NCBI GenBank assembly: GCA_963668645.2
Contig: CAXXWC010000018.1
Location: forward strand, 320,001 to 384,000
Length of the DNA: 64,000 nucleotides
Direction of reading: 5' to 3'
DNA from: Desulfobacterales bacterium
GTDB lineage: Bacteria; Desulfobacterota; Desulfobacteria; Desulfobacterales; UBA2174
Shown here: one piece after another, positions 61,031 to 64,000 of the stretch
Layout: every line of letters begins with the position of its first letter
Numbering within the stretch: position 1 is the first letter of the stretch
Notes under the pieces: model-generated
The model's database searches: none
Seen by the model: the letters and a program-made list of their open reading frames with translations, nothing else
Told to the model about the DNA's origin: nothing
Translations under genes and position numbers: made by a program

Positions 61031-61818
61031 CCAGCGCGGTGGTACACTTTTATTTTCCCATAACTGGTACACTTTTCATTCCCATTGACAGGCGGCATCT
61101 GAACTTTTTCCAGCATGAGACCTACCTGCCGGCCCGGGTGCCTCGGGCGGGGTGTTCGGATTGTGGCCCGCACGTCGTCGATTTGCCCTGGGCGAGGCTT
61201 GGCAGCGGCTTTACCCTGCTGTTCGAGGCATTTATCATGACGTTGGCCAAGCAGATGCCGGTCAACGCGATAGCCCGTCTGGTGGGCGAGCACGACACAC
61301 GGTTATGGCGGATATTGAAGCATTACGTAGATGAGGCCCGAAAGCACTTAGACATGTCTGAAGCGCACCGTGCGGGAGTGGATGAGACCTCACGCAAAAA
61401 GCACCACCAGTATGTCAGTGTGGTGATGGATCTGGATCAATCGAGTGTGCTGTATGCCACGGAAGGCAAGGGAGCGGAGGTGATTGAATCGTTTGCCCAG
61501 GATCTGGAGGCTCACGGCGGGGATCGCAGCAACATCGAGGAGGTCTGCTGCGACATGTCACCGGCGTTTATCAGTGGAGTGAAACAGTATTTGCCTGAGG
61601 CGCAACTGACCTTTGACAAATTTCATGTCTTAAAAGTGATCAACGAAGCAGTGGATAAGGCACGGGCTCGTGGCTATCGTTCAGCACGCAATTTCATTAC
61701 GATGATCTACATCATTGCGGGCAAGCTCGAATTCGATTTACCCACATGAAACAGCGAAGAGCCGTTGTTTTCTTAACATCGTCCCAACCCGTTCTCAATG
61801 GAAAGGATTGGAGAGGGT

Positions 61819-62102
61819 ATTGCATTACCGAGATCAGGAACGAAAGGAAAAGATTAAATAAAGATTAATGAAGATAAATGTACTGGTTATGGATTATGTG
61901 TATCTGTTTGCAAAGATTTCAGCTTAAGAATAGAAAACCAGAAAGTCAAACTCGTCGATACTCCGTTATTCGGGTGTATTGCTTGCGTGCATTGTATGGT
62001 TATCTGTCCATCGAGCGATATAAAGGTCTACGGACAAACACAATCGCCGGGTGATATGTTCGATATTCCTGATAAAGAGAAAATAGCAACATATGGGAGA
62101 GA
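61819..62102 (+). pseudogene. Decayed 4Fe-4S dicluster (nitroreductase-type N-terminal) fragment
   Basis: CTGYGLCVSVC and CIACVHCMVICP; no ATG, early in-frame stop, truncated. Confidence 0.65.
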
Positions 62103-62186
62103 GGGACGATGTTCAGTAACCAAGTAAATTGACGACAGAACCGAGATGAGCTAACCTGTAACCATGCCGAGAAGCGCCCGTCTGGG
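62103..62186 (+). mobile_element. Left end of Y1/RAYT-like element with truncated start MPRSARL
   Basis: GGGACGATGTTCAGTAACCAAGTAAATTG also at 62193; ATG at 62164. Confidence 0.55.
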
Positions 62187-62192
62187 AAAACA

Positions 62193-62390
62193 GGGACGAT
62201 GTTCAGTAACCAAGTAAATTGGCGACGGAACCGTGATGAGATTACCTGTAACTGTCGTCGGCAGAGCTTGCACGACAATTTTTCATGACGGTGGCAGATG
62301 CCGGTTACGCCGTAGAGCAGGGAGGACTGATCGCAACAGAACGTAGGTTGATGATTGATGAGGATTAATTGTTATCTTAACATCGTTCCC
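62193..62390. mobile_element. 198-bp MITE-like internally deleted derivative
   Basis: GGGACGATGTT ... AACATCGTTCCC inverted ends; retains a GYAVEQG..IATERRL* tail. Confidence 0.65.
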
Positions 62391-62478
62391 ATCCGCGTCC
62401 CCCGTCTATGGCTGTGCGGAGAACGCTGGGTGACCAGCGTTCCTGCCGTGAGAGCTACTTCAAAGGAGCGACCATAAT

Positions 62479-62853
62479 ATGAACAACGAAACGATTGTAA
62501 GTCTTGAACAAAAACTTGAAGCCGCGATGTTGAGTTCTGACGTAATGATGCTGGACAATTTGTTAGATGATGAACTCGTTTTCACGAATCATATTGGTCA
62601 GCAAACAACAAAACAAATGGATATAGAAGCACATCGTTCTGGATTTGTAAAAATTGAGTCAATCAAACAGTCAAACCAAACTGTGAATCTTTTTGAAAAT
62701 GTAGCTATTGTCACGGTATTGTCCGAGATCTGCGGTTCGTTCGGAGAGATTCGTTCTACTGTAAAGATCCATTTCACTAGAGTATGGCATAAAAAACACG
62801 ATGATGAGTATAAATTGATTGCGGTTCATTCGAGCCTACATGAAAATTCTTGA
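62479..62853 (+). CDS. Cassette gene: NTF2-like / DUF4440 protein
   Basis: LDNLLDDELVFTNHIG, FTRVW, HSS; AAGGAG RBS. Confidence 0.85.
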   Translation: MNNETIVSLEQKLEAAMLSSDVMMLDNLLDDELVFTNHIGQQTTKQMDIEAHRSGFVKIESIKQSNQTVNLFENVAIVTVLSEICGSFGEIRSTVKIHFTRVWHKKHDDEYKLIAVHSSLHENS

Positions 62854-62862
62854 AAAAAATTG

Positions 62863-62939
62863 CGCTAACAAGCGTTTGAATTATGACACCTGACCGCGGA
62901 TTCCCGCAGTCAGGTGCCCGTGAAAACGCGTGGTTAGCA
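62863..62939 (+). other. attC site 5
   Basis: CGCTAAC..GCGTTT..CACCTGAC/GTCAGGTG..AAACGC..GTTAGCA. Confidence 0.88.
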
Positions 62940-62979
62940 AAAACATATGACAAATTCGAGGAAAGATGAGGAGTCTCAA

Positions 62980-63624
62980 ATGGCAAAACATGATCCACAA
63001 TGTGTGAAATGCACCGTTCTTCGATGTCGTTCCAAAGAAGAGGACAAAAAGGTTCCATCATTCTGCCCAACAGAAAAGTATCGTGGCTTAGTCGGTGAAA
63101 CATTAGAAAAATTGATGCTGCCCGAAAACCAAGCCGTAAATAAGGCCTGGATGGGTTATATGAGTAAGGTCATGGATCCGGAAAAACCGAGAGAAAAGCT
63201 CTCTTGGACAAGGGTTGATGAAATTATTGAATACGCAAAGATACGAGGAATGAAAAGGCTGGGCATCGCAACATGTGGGGAATTGATGCCTGAATCCAAA
63301 TTGTTGTCTGACATTCTTGAAAGTAACGGGTTCGATGTCGTTTCTGTAATATGCCTCTGTGGTGAATTAAACCCGCAAGACATTGGGATGTGGGGGAATA
63401 AGATCTGCAATCCAATAATGCAGGCAGAAGTACTCAACCGCGAAAAAACAGAGCTAAACATAATGATGGGGCTTTGCCTTGGGCATGACATACTGTTTCT
63501 GCGTTATGCTAAAGCAGAGACTACTCCTCTCGTAGTCAAAGATCGTGCTCTTGGGCACAACCCTGCAGCAGCGTTGTATCTCAGCCAGAATCCCATGTTT
63601 AAGGACAGATTCTTCAAAAAATGA
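62980..63624 (+). CDS. Cassette gene: DUF1847 Cys-rich putative metal-binding protein
   Basis: TRVDE, LGIATC, CNPIMQAEVLN, GLCLGHD, VKDRALGHNP. Confidence 0.88.
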   Translation: MAKHDPQCVKCTVLRCRSKEEDKKVPSFCPTEKYRGLVGETLEKLMLPENQAVNKAWMGYMSKVMDPEKPREKLSWTRVDEIIEYAKIRGMKRLGIATCGELMPESKLLSDILESNGFDVVSVICLCGELNPQDIGMWGNKICNPIMQAEVLNREKTELNIMMGLCLGHDILFLRYAKAETTPLVVKDRALGHNPAAALYLSQNPMFKDRFFKK

Positions 63625-63691
63625 GATTGTCGATGGCTTAAGTTAACGACATTGGAATTAAAATACGAGGGTGCGATCGGCGGACGGACGG

Positions 63692-64000
63692 CTAGTTTTT
63701 CAGAACCCCGGCAGCTGCCTCCCCGGCTTTTTGCATGCGGCGGGTCAGCTCGAGGTAATACCGGCTCTGTTCGTCGCCGGGGTCGCGCGCCAGGGCCCTG
63801 GTCAGATAGACAATCGCCTTGGCCGTATTTCCCTGCAGGTAGTAGGCGGTGCCCAGCTCGCTGAGAATGACGCCGTCTTCCGGCGCCAGGGAGAGGGCGG
63901 TGGACAGGTTGGTCACCGCCTTTTCCGGAGCGCTGCGGCGAAGTTCCACCATGCCCAGGTACTTGTGCGGGGCCGCCTTGCGCGGCGCCAGGCCGGCGGC
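63692..64000 (-). CDS. TPR-containing protein, 5' part outside window
   Basis: LGTAYYLQGNTAKAIVYLTRALARDP; host-like GC. Confidence 0.8.
   Translation of the reverse strand, partial: AAGLAPRKAAPHKYLGMVELRRSAPEKAVTNLSTALSLAPEDGVILSELGTAYYLQGNTAKAIVYLTRALARDPGDEQSRYYLELTRRMQKAGEAAAGVLKN

Larger units (their letters stand above)
58882..61090 (+). mobile_element. IS21-family element, apparently intact
   Basis: TGTCA...TGACA ends with repeated AAAAGTGTACCA; 5-bp TSD GGCGG. Confidence 0.95.
58619..61763 (+). mobile_element. ISL3-family element, internally deleted and interrupted by IS21
   Basis: IR GGCTCTTCGCTGTTTC; 8-bp TSD GTTGTTTT; WRHLNFFQH rejoined, GVDETS, CCDMS, DKFH. Confidence 0.92.
47600..63624 (+). 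mobile_element. Integron gene-cassette array without integrase in window (CALIN-like)
   Basis: Five attC sites, co-oriented AT-rich single-gene cassettes, complementary R'/R'' pairs. Confidence 0.85.

Noticed and set aside
63625..63691. attC after the last DUF1847 cassette
   Set aside because: GTTAAC is present but there is no stem or R' partner; the array appears truncated against the host gene

Overview
GC-rich bacterial chromosome segment; gene content and style suggest a Desulfobacterota/Desulfobacterales-like anaerobe (inference). 1-24 kb is mostly housekeeping and regulatory: a NifA-like sigma54 activator, GntR-trpBA, a PAS kinase, an MFS gene with an in-frame amber codon, a MotA/MotB-like pair, panE, a DAHP synthase-prephenate dehydratase fusion under a Phe-leader attenuator missing from the ORF track, a sigma54 activator with a cysteine-desulfidase-like gene, and a porin. 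24-46 kb is a co-directional minus-strand metal/metallophore-type cluster (flavodoxin, P1B ATPase, two methyltransferases, two AraC, activase, MMPL/LolA-like/barrel trio, TonB receptor, ABC transporter, FmdE). 47.6-63.6 kb is an AT-rich integron gene-cassette array with five attC sites and an attI-like site but no recognisable integrase. It carries a TA pair, a PLD-like gene, a TIR gene, a GNAT, DUF4440, two DUF1847 copies and an LRR-Roc-COR gene. It is heavily invaded by IS701, IS1634, IS3, ISL3, IS21 and Y1-transposase remnants. The most notable item is a 333-bp ORF-less element inserted precisely inside an attC site. It looks like a non-autonomous IS110-type element and may retain a bridge-RNA-like guide. 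All family calls are from motif recognition by eye; no searches were run.
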